DNA of 64,000 bases from an uncultured Rhodobacterales bacterium (GCA_965366835.1 CBDUGF010000004.1:1273-65272), one strand, 5' to 3'. Positions 51,800 to 61,682 are shown, numbered from the stretch's first letter. Translations and numbers: made by a program. Notes: generated by a model from the letters alone, not told the origin.

Positions 51800-52561
51800 A
51801 TGCTCAACACCCTGCATCAAGGCACCGACGCCGCCACCGCCCCGCTGCTGATCGCCCATGGCCTGTTCGGCTCGGCACGCAATTGGGGCGTGATCGCAAA
51901 ACGGCTGTCGAACGCGCGCCATGTGATCGCGGCGGATATGCGCAACCACGGCGCCTCGCCCTGGTTTGACAGCCACAGCTATGGTGACATGGCCGCCGAT
52001 CTGGCCGAGGTGATCGCGGCTGAGGGCGGAGCGGCGGATGTGCTGGGCCATTCGATGGGCGGCAAGGCGGCGATGATGCTGGCACTTGAGCATCCAGAGC
52101 TTGTGAACCGGCTGATCGTGGCCGATATCGCGCCGGTGCCCTACAGCCACCAGCAGCGCCACAATATCGAGGCGATGCGGGCGCTCGATCTGTCTGGGAT
52201 CGAAAACCGCTCCGACGCGGGCGCGCAGCTTGCGCCCCGGCTGGAGGATCCGGCGCTGGCCGACTTCTTCCTGCAATCGCTCGATGTGGCGGGCAAGCGC
52301 TGGCGGCTCAATCTCGATGTGCTGGACCGCGAAATGGAAAAGATCCTGTCATTCCCGGACGTCGCGGGCTCGTTCGACAAGCCGGTGCTGTTCCTGTCAG
52401 GCGCCGAGAGCCCCTATGTCAGCCGCGACCAGCGCCCGCAGATCAAGGCGCTGTTTCCGCAGGCGCGGTTCATGAAGATACCCGGCGCCGGCCATTGGCT
52501 GCATGCCGAAAAGCCGCGCGAATTCGAAGCCGCTGTGCGCGGCTGGCTCGATCACGCCTGA
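51800..52561 (+). CDS. alpha/beta hydrolase (YbfF-like esterase)
   Basis: Nucleophile elbow GHSMGG and HG oxyanion motif (LLIAHGLFGS). About 253 aa. Confidence 0.82.
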   Translation: MLNTLHQGTDAATAPLLIAHGLFGSARNWGVIAKRLSNARHVIAADMRNHGASPWFDSHSYGDMAADLAEVIAAEGGAADVLGHSMGGKAAMMLALEHPELVNRLIVADIAPVPYSHQQRHNIEAMRALDLSGIENRSDAGAQLAPRLEDPALADFFLQSLDVAGKRWRLNLDVLDREMEKILSFPDVAGSFDKPVLFLSGAESPYVSRDQRPQIKALFPQARFMKIPGAGHWLHAEKPREFEAAVRGWLDHA

Positions 52562-52580
52562 ACCCGCCCCGCAGTCCGGC

Positions 52581-52763
52581 TCAGAGGCTCTGGATTTTCT
52601 TGGCCAGGATCCAGCTCAGCGGCAGCGACACCAGCCACCCCAACAGCGCCGCGATCACCAGCGGTTGCAGCGTGTCCCAGCCCACGGTCAGCGCGAAGAC
52701 CATGGCGCTGCCGGCGAGTGTCGCGCCGACGAACAGATGCACGATGAAAGCAAGCCGCAACAT
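52581..52763 (-). CDS. small two-TM membrane protein (60 aa)
   Basis: Two hydrophobic helices. The ATG is preceded by AAGGAAGGGA with 6-nt spacing. Confidence 0.5.
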   Translation of the reverse strand: MLRLAFIVHLFVGATLAGSAMVFALTVGWDTLQPLVIAALLGWLVSLPLSWILAKKIQSL

Positions 52764-52891
52764 GGAGAGTCCCTTCCTTCAAACCCAAACATTCAGCGTG
52801 GAATTTGCCGCGGCGGCGGGGGGCTGTCCTTGATCTGCATCAGGTCAGGGCGCGGCGGCGGACATGGGTTTGTCAGGGGAGGCGGGCGCCC

Positions 52892-53317
52892 TCAGACCAG
52901 CTTGTTGAGAAGTGCGAGGAAACTGGCGCGTTCGGCTTTGCTCAGCGGCGCCAATGTCTCGTCGCTGATCCGGCGGCCGACCTCACGCATCCGCGCCAGC
53001 AGGGCGGCGCCTTCATCGGTGAGCGAAATCAGCATGCGCCGCTTGTCGTCGGGGTCAGGCACCACCCGGGTCAGCCCCTTCGATCTCAGCCGGTCGGCGA
53101 CGCCCTTGATCGTGGCCACGTCCATCGCCGCCAGCCGCCCGAGCCGGTTCTGCGAGACGCTGCCCTCCTCGCCGATCCGCACCAGCGCGGCGAATTGCTG
53201 GGCCGTCAGCCCGTCGAGCGTATGGGTCTGGAAGATCGCCGCATGGCGCTGGTTGGCCAGCCTGAGCAAGTATCCGACCTGGCTGTCGAGGGTATAGGGC
53301 GCGCCGGCCATGCTCAA
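52892..53317 (-). CDS. MarR family transcriptional regulator
   Basis: 141 aa with a MarR wHTH core (LTAQQFAALVRIGEEGSVSQNRLGRLAAMDVATIKGVADRLRSKGL). Its start overlaps the upstream ABC ATPase stop (ATGA). Confidence 0.88.
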   Translation of the reverse strand: MSMAGAPYTLDSQVGYLLRLANQRHAAIFQTHTLDGLTAQQFAALVRIGEEGSVSQNRLGRLAAMDVATIKGVADRLRSKGLTRVVPDPDDKRRMLISLTDEGAALLARMREVGRRISDETLAPLSKAERASFLALLNKLV

Positions 53318-54015
53318 ACCGCCAGGTATTGCTGGCTGATCGCCGGGTTGGCATCAAGCTTGGCAAAGCTGCCCTCGAAGCGCAGCGTGCCTTTCTCGAT
53401 GATGATCGCCCGGTCGGAAACGGCGCGCGCGAAATGCAGGTTCTGTTCGCTGAGCAACACCGACAGCCCCTCGCTCTTCAGCTCGCCGATCACCCGCGCC
53501 ATCTGTTCCACGATCACCGGCGCGATGCCCTCGGAGGGTTCGTCGAGCAGCACGGCCTTGGGATTGCCCATCAGCGTGCGCGCGATGCTCAGCATCTGCT
53601 GTTCGCCGCCCGACAGCTGCTTGCCGAGATTGCCGCGCCGCTCGGCCAGGTTGGGAAACAGCTCGAAAAGGTGTTCCCGGGTCCATTCCGGGGCGCCCTC
53701 GCGGCGCGGACGACGACCCACTTCGAGGTTTTCCTCGACCGTCAGATCGGGGAAGATCCGCCGCTCCTCGGGGACATAGCCGATCCCGGCACGGCAGATC
53801 ATATGCGGCGCCAGCTTCATCAATGAGCGTCCGTCATAGCGGATCTCGCCCGCCTTGGCGGCGACCAGCCCCATGATGCATTTCATCGTCGTGGTCTTGC
53901 CGGCACCGTTGCGCCCGAGCAGCGCCACCACCTCCTGCCCGGCCAGTTCGAGGCTCATCCCGTTCAGGATCTGGGCGCGGCCATAACGCGCGGTCAGGTT
54001 GTTGACCTCAAGCAT
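53314..54015 (-). CDS. branched-chain amino acid-type ABC transporter ATP-binding protein (LivF family)
   Basis: Walker A GRNGAGKTT, signature LSGGEQQML and Walker B VLLDEPSEG. Start at ATG 54015, which overlaps the livG-like stop by 8 nt. Confidence 0.9.
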   Translation of the reverse strand: MLEVNNLTARYGRAQILNGMSLELAGQEVVALLGRNGAGKTTTMKCIMGLVAAKAGEIRYDGRSLMKLAPHMICRAGIGYVPEERRIFPDLTVEENLEVGRRPRREGAPEWTREHLFELFPNLAERRGNLGKQLSGGEQQMLSIARTLMGNPKAVLLDEPSEGIAPVIVEQMARVIGELKSEGLSVLLSEQNLHFARAVSDRAIIIEKGTLRFEGSFAKLDANPAISQQYLAV

Positions 54016-54781
54016 CGGCACCCTCCGCCCTGGCAAACAGCGTGCCGCCGCCGAGATAGACCTCCTGCACCAGCGCGTTTTCGCGGATTTCCGGCCCCGT
54101 GCCTTCAGCGATCAGCCTGCCGCGATTGAGCACCAGGATGCGATGGGCATGGGCAAAGACCACGTCCATGTCATGCTCGGTGAAAAGCACGCTGACGCCG
54201 CGCTCGGCGACGATCCCGGCGGTCAGTTCCATCAGCGCGATCCGCTCGGAGGGCGCCATGCCCGCCGTCGGTTCGTCCATCAGCAACAGCGTCGGCTCAT
54301 GCGCGAGCGCGATCGCCAGTTCCAGCCGCTTGAGATCGCCGTAGGCCAGCTCCGAGCTGGCGCGCCCGCCCTGTGCGGCCATCGACACCAGCTCGAGCAG
54401 CGCATCGGCCTCGGCGACGTAGGCCCGCGTCGCGCGCGAGATCAGGTCGAACATCCGCCGGTGGTGCGACAGGAGCGCCATCTGCACATTCTCGCGCACC
54501 GTCATCGACCCGAACGTGCGGGTGATCTGAAACGTCCGCCCCACCCCCATGCGCCAGATCCGGCGCGGCCGCTTGCCGATCAGCTCGGCGCCTTCCAGCC
54601 TGACCGAGCCGCGATCCGGCCTGAGATAGCCGTTGAGCATGTTGAAACAGGTGGTCTTGCCCGCCCCGTTCGGCCCGATCAGCGCCAGGAACTCGCCCTT
54701 GCCGAGATCAAACGACACATCCGCGACCGCATCGAGGCCGCCAAAGCTCTTGCTGAGGCCGCGCACTTCGAGAACATTCAT
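54008..54781 (-). CDS. branched-chain amino acid-type ABC transporter ATP-binding protein (LivG family)
   Basis: [15 protein letters not shown], Walker [10 protein letters not shown] and LMDEPTAGM. These are the C-terminal 258 codons of a longer shadow-extended ORF. Confidence 0.9.
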   Translation of the reverse strand: MNVLEVRGLSKSFGGLDAVADVSFDLGKGEFLALIGPNGAGKTTCFNMLNGYLRPDRGSVRLEGAELIGKRPRRIWRMGVGRTFQITRTFGSMTVRENVQMALLSHHRRMFDLISRATRAYVAEADALLELVSMAAQGGRASSELAYGDLKRLELAIALAHEPTLLLMDEPTAGMAPSERIALMELTAGIVAERGVSVLFTEHDMDVVFAHAHRILVLNRGRLIAEGTGPEIRENALVQEVYLGGGTLFARAEGADA

Positions 54782-56637
54782 GCCTTGCCCTCCTCGTCGC
54801 GGCGCAGCCCCAGCGCGCGCAACAATCGCTCGACCCCGCCGGCCACACCATCGGGTGCGATCAGCACCACCACCAGAATGATGGCGCCGAAGATGAAGCG
54901 CCAGTAATCCAGCCGGCTGACCCAGTCCTCGATCATCACGAAGGCGACGGCGCCGAAGATCGGCCCGGCCAGCGCATGGATGCCGCCCAACAGCACCATG
55001 ATCAGCCCGTCGACCGATTGCCCGATGCCCAGCGCATCGGGAAAGACCGAGCCCTTGGAGAAGGCGAACACCACCCCGGCCAGCCCGGCCAGCGTTCCGG
55101 CCAGGGTGAAACCCATCCATTGATGCAGCTTCACGTTCATGCCGATCGCCTCGGCGCGCACATCGCTGTCGCGGATGCCGCGCAGGCCATAGCCGAAGGG
55201 CGAATGCGCCACCCGGCGCAGGAACAGGATGCCGCCGATGCAGAGCCCGAAGGCGATGTAGAAGAACACCAGGTCGGAGCTCGCCCATGCGGCGGGCCAG
55301 ACACCGAGGATGCCATCGTCGCCGCCGGTGAACTGCTGCCACTGGAAGGTGACGCCCCAGAGGATCTGTGCCGCCGCCAGCGTCAGCATGGCGAGGTAGA
55401 CGCCGGAAAGGCGCACGCAGAACCAGCCGAAGAACAGCGCCGCCAGCCCGGCGGCCAGCGGCCCCATCAGCATCGCGGGCAGCATCGAAAAGCCGAAGAA
55501 CTTCACCGACATCGCCGCGCCATAGGCGCCGACGCCGAAATAGGCCGCGTGGCCGAACGACACCATGCCGCCCAGCCCCATCATGAAATGCAGCGACACG
55601 GCAAACAAGGTCGCCACCATGACATCGACCAGGAGGATGGTGGAAAACTCGCTGACCACCGCCGGGCTGAGCGCCAGCGCGAAGATCAGCGCCATCAGCA
55701 CCATCGCGGCGCGCGGGCTGAGCAGGCGCAGCGGCGCTTCCGGGTCGGCGGGCTGGCCATGCTCGCTGCCCGGTTTGCCGAAAAGGCCGTGCGGGCGCAG
55801 GATCAGCACCACCGCCATGACGATGAACGGCAGCACGATCGAGATCTGCGGGAAGATCAGGATGGCGAAGGCATTGAGCACCGAGATCAGCACCGCGGCG
55901 ACAAAGGCGCCCGAGACCGAGCCCATGCCGCCGATCACCACCACCACGAAGGCCTCGCCGATCACCGAAAGGTCCATCTGCAGGCTCACTGCCTCGCGCG
56001 GGATTTGCAGCGCCCCGCCGAGGCCTGCCAGCGCCGCGCCGAGCATGAATACGCCCGAGAAAAGCCACGCCTGGTTGACGCCGAGTGCATCGACCATGTC
56101 GCGATCCTGGGTCGCGGCGCGCACCAGGATGCCCCAGCGGGTGCGATGGAACAGCAGCCAGATCGCCCCCAGAACCAGCGGGCCGATGAAGATCAGTGCC
56201 AGGTCGTATTCCGGGATCGGCTCGCCGAGGATGCGCACCGCGCGGTCGAGCCCCGGCGCGCGTGGGCCCAAGAGATCCTCGGCTCCCCAGATCGCCAGCG
56301 TGGCGTCCTGAAAGATCAGCACCACGCCGAAGGTGGCGACCAGCTGGAACAGTTCGGGCGCGTGATAGATGCGGCGCAGGATGGTGATCTCGATGATCAG
56401 CCCGACCACCCCGACGATCAGCGCCGCCGCCAGCACCGAACCCCAGAAGCCAAGGATTCCACCCTGCAAATTGGTGACCAGCGTGTAGGCGATATAGGCG
56501 CCGACCATGTAGAACGAACCATGCGCGAAGTTGACGATCCGGGTGACGCCGAAGATGATCGACAGCCCGCAGGCGATCAGAAACAGAGACGAGGCGTTCG
56601 CCAGCCCGGTCAGCAACTGCGCGATGTAGAAACCCAT
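54778..56637 (-). CDS. fused branched-chain amino acid-type ABC permease (LivH-like plus LivM-like halves)
   Basis: About 619 aa starting [30 protein letters not shown] (LivH-like). The second half is LivM-like (..[17 protein letters not shown]..). Confidence 0.85.
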   Translation of the reverse strand: MGFYIAQLLTGLANASSLFLIACGLSIIFGVTRIVNFAHGSFYMVGAYIAYTLVTNLQGGILGFWGSVLAAALIVGVVGLIIEITILRRIYHAPELFQLVATFGVVLIFQDATLAIWGAEDLLGPRAPGLDRAVRILGEPIPEYDLALIFIGPLVLGAIWLLFHRTRWGILVRAATQDRDMVDALGVNQAWLFSGVFMLGAALAGLGGALQIPREAVSLQMDLSVIGEAFVVVVIGGMGSVSGAFVAAVLISVLNAFAILIFPQISIVLPFIVMAVVLILRPHGLFGKPGSEHGQPADPEAPLRLLSPRAAMVLMALIFALALSPAVVSEFSTILLVDVMVATLFAVSLHFMMGLGGMVSFGHAAYFGVGAYGAAMSVKFFGFSMLPAMLMGPLAAGLAALFFGWFCVRLSGVYLAMLTLAAAQILWGVTFQWQQFTGGDDGILGVWPAAWASSDLVFFYIAFGLCIGGILFLRRVAHSPFGYGLRGIRDSDVRAEAIGMNVKLHQWMGFTLAGTLAGLAGVVFAFSKGSVFPDALGIGQSVDGLIMVLLGGIHALAGPIFGAVAFVMIEDWVSRLDYWRFIFGAIILVVVLIAPDGVAGGVERLLRALGLRRDEEGKA

Positions 56638-56728
56638 CTTGCCCGTCCCCTTTTCAACTCGCGTTCGCGCGCGCTTTTTCGCAAGTGTTTCGGGGCAGCC
56701 TGCGCTGCCCCGATGATGTTTCCGGCGA

Positions 56729-57943
56729 TTATTCCGCCGGGCGCATCTTGGCGGCTTCTTCTTCGCTGGGCAGATAGGCCGCGCCATCGGCATAGGCCCA
56801 GTCCACCATCATTCCCATGCCGTCTTTCTTGGCCGTGAGCCCGACATAGGCGCCCATGGTCGATTGATGATCGGCGGCGCGGAACATGAACGGACCGGTC
56901 GGCGAGGACGGCACTTCGAGCCCCTCCATCGCCTGGCGCAGGGCTTCCGTCTCGGTCGAGCCGGCCTTTTCCAGCGCCGCCTTGATCGCCAGCACCGAGT
57001 TGTAGCCGACGATCGAGCCGGTTTTCGGGATCTCGCCCCAGCGCGCTTCATAGGCGGTCAGGAAGGCCTTGTGCTCGGGCGTGTCGATCTGGGCCGCGGG
57101 ATAGCCGGTGACGATCCAGCCTTCGGGGGTTTCCTCGCCCAGCGGGTCGAGATATTCCGGCTCGCCCGAGAGCAGCGACACCACGGTGCGATCCTCGAAC
57201 AGGAAGCGCAAGCTGCCTTCGCGTACGAATTTCGCCAGATCGCCGCCGAAGGTGACGTTGTAGATCGCGTCGGGCTTGACCTGTTCCAGCGCGCGCACAG
57301 TGCTGCCGGCGTCGATCTTGAACACCGGCGGCCATTGCTCGCCCACCCATTCGACATCCGGCTGCAGCTTGGTCAGCTCGGATTTGAACGCGGCCACGGC
57401 GTCCTTGCCATAGGCATAGTTGGGCGCCACGGTGGCCCATTTCTTCTTGCCCAGCTTGGCCGCCTGTTCGGCCAGCATCGCCGCCTGCATATGGGTCGAT
57501 GGGCGCAAACGGTAGGTATACTTGTTGCCCTTGGACCAGACCAGCGCATCCGAGAGCGGCTCGGAGGCGAGGAACAGCACCTCTTTCTGCTTGGCGAAAT
57601 CCGCCACGGCGAGGCCGATATTGCTGAGGAAGGTGCCGAACAGCATCACCGCGCCGTCCTTGGAGATCAGCTCTTCGGCAATGCGGATCGCGGTGGCCGG
57701 ATCGCCGGTGTCGTCGCGGCTGATCACTTCGAGCATCCTGCCGTCAATGCCCCCGGCGGCGTTGATTTCCTCGACCGCCAGCATCCAGCCTTTCTTGTAG
57801 GGCTCGGTAAAGGCCGGCAGGCGGGTATAGGAATTGATCTCGCCAAGCACGATCTTGTCCTGTGCCGAGGCGGCACCGGGCAGCAGGCTCAGCATCGGCA
57901 AGGCGGCCAGCGCGCCCAATATCTTGCGTCGCAAAAGTTTCAT
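56729..57943 (-). CDS. ABC transporter substrate-binding protein (LivK/type I periplasmic receptor family)
   Basis: 404 aa with signal peptide ...LSLLPGAASA and an ANF-receptor-like body (IVLGEINSYT...). Confidence 0.85.
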   Translation of the reverse strand: MKLLRRKILGALAALPMLSLLPGAASAQDKIVLGEINSYTRLPAFTEPYKKGWMLAVEEINAAGGIDGRMLEVISRDDTGDPATAIRIAEELISKDGAVMLFGTFLSNIGLAVADFAKQKEVLFLASEPLSDALVWSKGNKYTYRLRPSTHMQAAMLAEQAAKLGKKKWATVAPNYAYGKDAVAAFKSELTKLQPDVEWVGEQWPPVFKIDAGSTVRALEQVKPDAIYNVTFGGDLAKFVREGSLRFLFEDRTVVSLLSGEPEYLDPLGEETPEGWIVTGYPAAQIDTPEHKAFLTAYEARWGEIPKTGSIVGYNSVLAIKAALEKAGSTETEALRQAMEGLEVPSSPTGPFMFRAADHQSTMGAYVGLTAKKDGMGMMVDWAYADGAAYLPSEEEAAKMRPAE

Positions 57944-58048
57944 GTCACGTCTCCCTGTGGTCTTGTTGGTTTGAGTTGTTGTTTTGATCCTGGTCAGGCG
58001 ATCGTCAGCCAGCCATCGCTGTTCGGGCCTGTCGCGCGCGAAAACCCG

Positions 58049-58633
58049 CTATCGCAGCCCGTCCTTGCCCTCCGCGTCCTTTGCCTCGAGCCCGCCGACG
58101 CGCGGCAAGGGCCGCCCGCTATCGGTAACCGCGACGGCAACCATGATCTCGTTGGCGCGCGGCGCGTCGTTCAGGCGCACCTCGATGCCGTCGAAATGGC
58201 TGCGCACATAGGCCGCATCCTTGTGGCCCAAAGGCACGTCGAGCACTTGGCCGGGGCTGCCCATCTTCTTGGAGGACGGCACCAGTGCGGCGCCCTTTTC
58301 GACCGCCTTCCTGAGCGGCGCGCCGAGCTTGGGATGCAGGATCGCGGCGGCATGTTCAAGCTCGCCGTTTTCCCCCACCATGGCGGATTTGCCATAGGAT
58401 TCAGCGTCTTCCGGCGTTATGTCAAGCGCCAGCACGCAACGTTCCCCGAGCAGCCCGCCCAGTTCGGCGCCGATCTCCATCAGCTCGCCGAGGTCTTCGA
58501 CGTAGCGCCCGGCGAACGGGTTCTCGATCACCGCCACGGCCACAGCCTTGCGCGTGGGCGGCATGATCTCGCGGCCCATCTCGCTCAGCGTCTCTTCCAC
58601 CGTGACGGTGAGTTTCCTGATCTTCGCTTTCAT
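58049..58633 (-). CDS. amino acid synthesis family protein (PF06684/DUF1185-like), copy B
   Basis: 194 aa with motifs AVAVIENPFAGRY, GELEHAA, VRSHFDGIEV and C-terminal GKDGLR, all shared with the adjacent paralogue. Family name recalled from memory. Confidence 0.65.
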   Translation of the reverse strand: MKAKIRKLTVTVEETLSEMGREIMPPTRKAVAVAVIENPFAGRYVEDLGELMEIGAELGGLLGERCVLALDITPEDAESYGKSAMVGENGELEHAAAILHPKLGAPLRKAVEKGAALVPSSKKMGSPGQVLDVPLGHKDAAYVRSHFDGIEVRLNDAPRANEIMVAVAVTDSGRPLPRVGGLEAKDAEGKDGLR

Positions 58634-59217
58634 CTCAGCCCATCCTCTCCCTTGATATCGCCGGCGTCCAGCCCGCCGGCGCGATTGTGCACCCGTGCGC
58701 CATTGGTCATCACCAGGATCAGCGCCATTTCATCGGCCCGAGGTGCATCGTTGCAGCCGACTTCGATACTGTCGAAATGCGAGCGCACGTATGAGGCGGT
58801 AATATGCGTGACCGGCACGTCGAGCCGCGCGCCGACCCCGCCGACCTTCTTGGTCGAGGGCACGATGGCCTTGGAACGCTCGGCGCCCAGAAGCTCGCGC
58901 ATGGCATAGCCGCCCGGCGCGTGCCAGAGCGCACCATGTTCGATCTCGCCGGCGCTGCCGATGATCGCGCCCTTGCCATAGCCTTCGACATTTTCGGCCC
59001 CGCCCATCATCTCGATCAGACGTGTGGCCAGCTGGATGCCGAGCGGTTTCAGCTCCTCCATGAAGGGCTGGATCTCGGGCGCGTATTGCCCGGCGAACGG
59101 GTTGGCGATCACCGCCATGGCCCAGGCCCGGCGATAGGGGGATTTGGCCGGCACACCGCCCTCGTGCCAGATTTCCTCCAGGCTCTCGATGGTCTTTCTG
59201 ATTTTGAGGTCAGGCAT
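58630..59217 (-). CDS. amino acid synthesis family protein (PF06684/DUF1185-like), copy A
   Basis: About 195 aa with AMAVIANPFAGQY, GEIEHGA, VRSHFDSIEV and GEDGLR. The second ATG (59217) has better SD spacing (GAAGGA, 8 nt). Confidence 0.65.
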   Translation of the reverse strand: MPDLKIRKTIESLEEIWHEGGVPAKSPYRRAWAMAVIANPFAGQYAPEIQPFMEELKPLGIQLATRLIEMMGGAENVEGYGKGAIIGSAGEIEHGALWHAPGGYAMRELLGAERSKAIVPSTKKVGGVGARLDVPVTHITASYVRSHFDSIEVGCNDAPRADEMALILVMTNGARVHNRAGGLDAGDIKGEDGLR

Positions 59218-60067
59218 GTTCGACATCCTTCAATTCTGCTCGTCCGATGGGTCCGACAAGGCGGTTTTGCCCGCGCAAGAACAGCGCCGCCGCATGGATC
59301 AGCCCGGCCTGTCGCATCTCGTTTGCCGCTGCGACTCCACGCGCCAGGGCCTGCGTAATGTCGGCATCGCTGAGCGGCCCGACGCCAGCGACAACCAGGC
59401 GCTCGCCGAGATCGCTTTCGGGGCGCAATTGGCTGGCCGGCCTGCGGGCAATCGCGCCATGGCCGGGCAGATCGACCGCATTGGCGATCAGCGTCGCCGC
59501 CGCATCCGCCGATGCCGCGTCGCGCGCCAGAACCGTCACGCTGTCGGCGATGCCAAAGGACAGGCTGCGCCCGCCCTGCCCGCTGGTGGCGACGCCGCCG
59601 ATGCCGTCGCCGGCGCCGATCTCGACCGCGCCCAAGCCCGCGCCATCCAGCCCGGCCATGGCGAGGCGAAACGTCTCTCCGCGGGCGAGATGCAGGGCGA
59701 TATCGCCGCCATTGTTGACATAGGCGCGGCGCAGCCCGCCCGCCGCGACCATGGCCGCCAGCACATGATCGGCCACCGCGCCAGCGACTGCCGCCATCGG
59801 GGTGACAAAGCCTTGATGTCGCGCCACCGCCCGCACCATCCGTTTCGCGACCGGACCCTTCACCGCGTAGGGTGGGGTTTCACCCCACCCCCCGGCGCGC
59901 CGCAATAGCTCAAGCTCCTCGACCAGCCCTTCAAGGACGCCGTCAAACGCGGCTTCCGCCGCCGCAAACGCCTGTTTGCGCGCACCGTCTGCCCCGATCA
60001 CCAGGTCGATCGGGCCATGCTGCAAGTGCAGTCGCTCACCCGGGAGGAAGGCGCTGGAAGAACTCAT
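59210..60067 (-). CDS. UPF0280 family protein (ApbE-like fold suspected)
   Basis: 285 aa with N-terminus LHLQHGPIDLVIGADG. Family assignment is from memory of this conserved neighbourhood. Start and stop both overlap the neighbouring genes. Confidence 0.55.
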   Translation of the reverse strand: MSSSSAFLPGERLHLQHGPIDLVIGADGARKQAFAAAEAAFDGVLEGLVEELELLRRAGGWGETPPYAVKGPVAKRMVRAVARHQGFVTPMAAVAGAVADHVLAAMVAAGGLRRAYVNNGGDIALHLARGETFRLAMAGLDGAGLGAVEIGAGDGIGGVATSGQGGRSLSFGIADSVTVLARDAASADAAATLIANAVDLPGHGAIARRPASQLRPESDLGERLVVAGVGPLSDADITQALARGVAAANEMRQAGLIHAAALFLRGQNRLVGPIGRAELKDVEHA

Positions 60068-61548
60068 TTCTCGCCCCAGCGGAAATGTCCGCGCGCATTG
60101 GGGTCGTGGCCCGCAGCACTGGGGCCGATCTTGCGGGTGGCGTCGCTGAGCACCGTCTCGACCGGGTGGATTTCCTTGATATGCCCGCCCAGAGCCGCGT
60201 AATCGCTGACCCGCATGGTGAATTCGATCGGCGCCACGATGGCAGGGGTGGGCACATAGCCGAAGGCGTTGGAGGGCATTTCCATTACGTCGGCCATCAC
60301 CGTGATGCCGCCGCCGGGCCAGACATAGGCCTCGGCGCCACCACAGCTGACCCGCGCCAGCGCCTCGCGCACCGAGCGGGTGAGGCGCACCGGGTTTTCC
60401 GTTACGCCGGCGCGCAAGCTGCCCCCGGCGCCGCCCATGAACAGCACCGAACAGATCGAAGGCTCGCAGTTCTCGGCGATGCGCTCGGCGCTGGCTTTGA
60501 CAGCTTCGGGCGCTTCGGCGGCGCGCGGCACCAGATCGGCATCAAGCTCGAAATAAGCCCATTGCTCGCCCGTGGTGGAGACCATGAAGAGGCGCAGGCC
60601 GGGCCATGCCACGTCCGGTTTCCAATCGCCCAGGATGGTCAGCGGATCGTCGATATCGGTGCCGCCCCACCCGAGCCCCGGCTCGGCGACCTGAAAGTAG
60701 CGCCCGGGGGTCGAGCGGCGGCCCTTGATCCTGATGCCGGTGGGCGGCACGCCCAGCACCTGCCCGGCCTGATGCTCGCTGAGCACCCCGGTGATATGGT
60801 CATCGACCACCACCACCTCGTCGACGATGTCGCGCCATTGCTTGGCGAACATGCCGATGGCGGCCGAGCCGCAGCCGACCCGCATCAGCTTTTCCGGCAC
60901 GCCGTTGACGATGGGCGGCTGGCCGGCCTGCACCACCACTTCCGTGGCATGGCCCTCCTCGCCGATCACCATGGTGACGGGTTCGCGGTTGCACAGCTGC
61001 ATCAGCGCGTCGCAGGTCACCCGGCCTTCCTTCTTGGAGCCGCCTGTAAGGTGTTCGACGCCGCCGAGCGAGAGCATTTTCGAGCCGTATTCGGACGTCA
61101 TCACATGGCCGATCGGCTCGCCATCGACGCGCACCACGTCGCGTTCGTTGCCGAGATGGCGGTCGGTGTCGATCTTCACCTTGGCACCGCAATAGGAAAA
61201 GATGCCCTCGGTCACGACCGTGACCATGTCGACGCCATCGACTTCCTGGCTGACGATGAAGGGGGCGGGCTTGTAATCGGGATAGGTGGTGCCGGCGCCG
61301 ACCGCGGTGACGAAGCGGCGCTGGCCCTTGACGATATCTCCGTCCCAATCGCCGGCTTCGTCGGTGGCGAGGAACGGCACCAGCTTCTCGGAACTGATCT
61401 CGATCACCGTGAGCGGGTCGAGCCGCACCAATTCGCCGCCGTGATTGGCATATCGGTCGCAGGCGCCGGGTTTGCCTTCGGCAATGTAGCACATCACCGG
61501 GCAGGCATCGCAGCGGATCTTCTCGACGCTCACTCTCTCACGCGCCAT
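60064..61548 (-). CDS. 6-hydroxynicotinate reductase-like Fe-S protein
   Basis: 494 aa with an N-terminal Cys cluster CDACPVMCYIAEGKPGACDRY. Resembles proteins annotated as 6-hydroxynicotinate reductase (Hnr); the substrate here is unproven. Confidence 0.6.
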   Translation of the reverse strand: MARERVSVEKIRCDACPVMCYIAEGKPGACDRYANHGGELVRLDPLTVIEISSEKLVPFLATDEAGDWDGDIVKGQRRFVTAVGAGTTYPDYKPAPFIVSQEVDGVDMVTVVTEGIFSYCGAKVKIDTDRHLGNERDVVRVDGEPIGHVMTSEYGSKMLSLGGVEHLTGGSKKEGRVTCDALMQLCNREPVTMVIGEEGHATEVVVQAGQPPIVNGVPEKLMRVGCGSAAIGMFAKQWRDIVDEVVVVDDHITGVLSEHQAGQVLGVPPTGIRIKGRRSTPGRYFQVAEPGLGWGGTDIDDPLTILGDWKPDVAWPGLRLFMVSTTGEQWAYFELDADLVPRAAEAPEAVKASAERIAENCEPSICSVLFMGGAGGSLRAGVTENPVRLTRSVREALARVSCGGAEAYVWPGGGITVMADVMEMPSNAFGYVPTPAIVAPIEFTMRVSDYAALGGHIKEIHPVETVLSDATRKIGPSAAGHDPNARGHFRWGEK

Positions 61549-61563
61549 GGTTTCCTCCCGTGA

Positions 61564-61679
61564 CGATTTTGGACGCCAAAATCGGTTCGAAATCCGACGC
61601 GGATTTCGATTGCCGCGCCGTATCGGCCAGGCACCTGTTTTCCGCGTCGGAAAACGGACTGAATTCCGCTTCGGAATTC
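61564..61679. repeat. four-hairpin composite intergenic element, copy C (inverted relative to copy B)
   Basis: CGATTTTGG-ACG-CCAAAATCG, TCGAAATCCG-ACG-CGGATTTCGA, a 27-nt spacer, GTTTTCCG-CGT-CGGAAAAC and GAATTCCG-CTT-CGGAATTC. The reverse complement reproduces the stem order of copy B. Confidence 0.85.
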
Positions 61680-61682
61680 GCT

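Noticed and set aside
61581-61600. The tRNA-like string GGTTCGAAATCC.
   Set aside because: It is one arm junction of the hairpin repeat. No acceptor, D or anticodon arms can be drawn around it.
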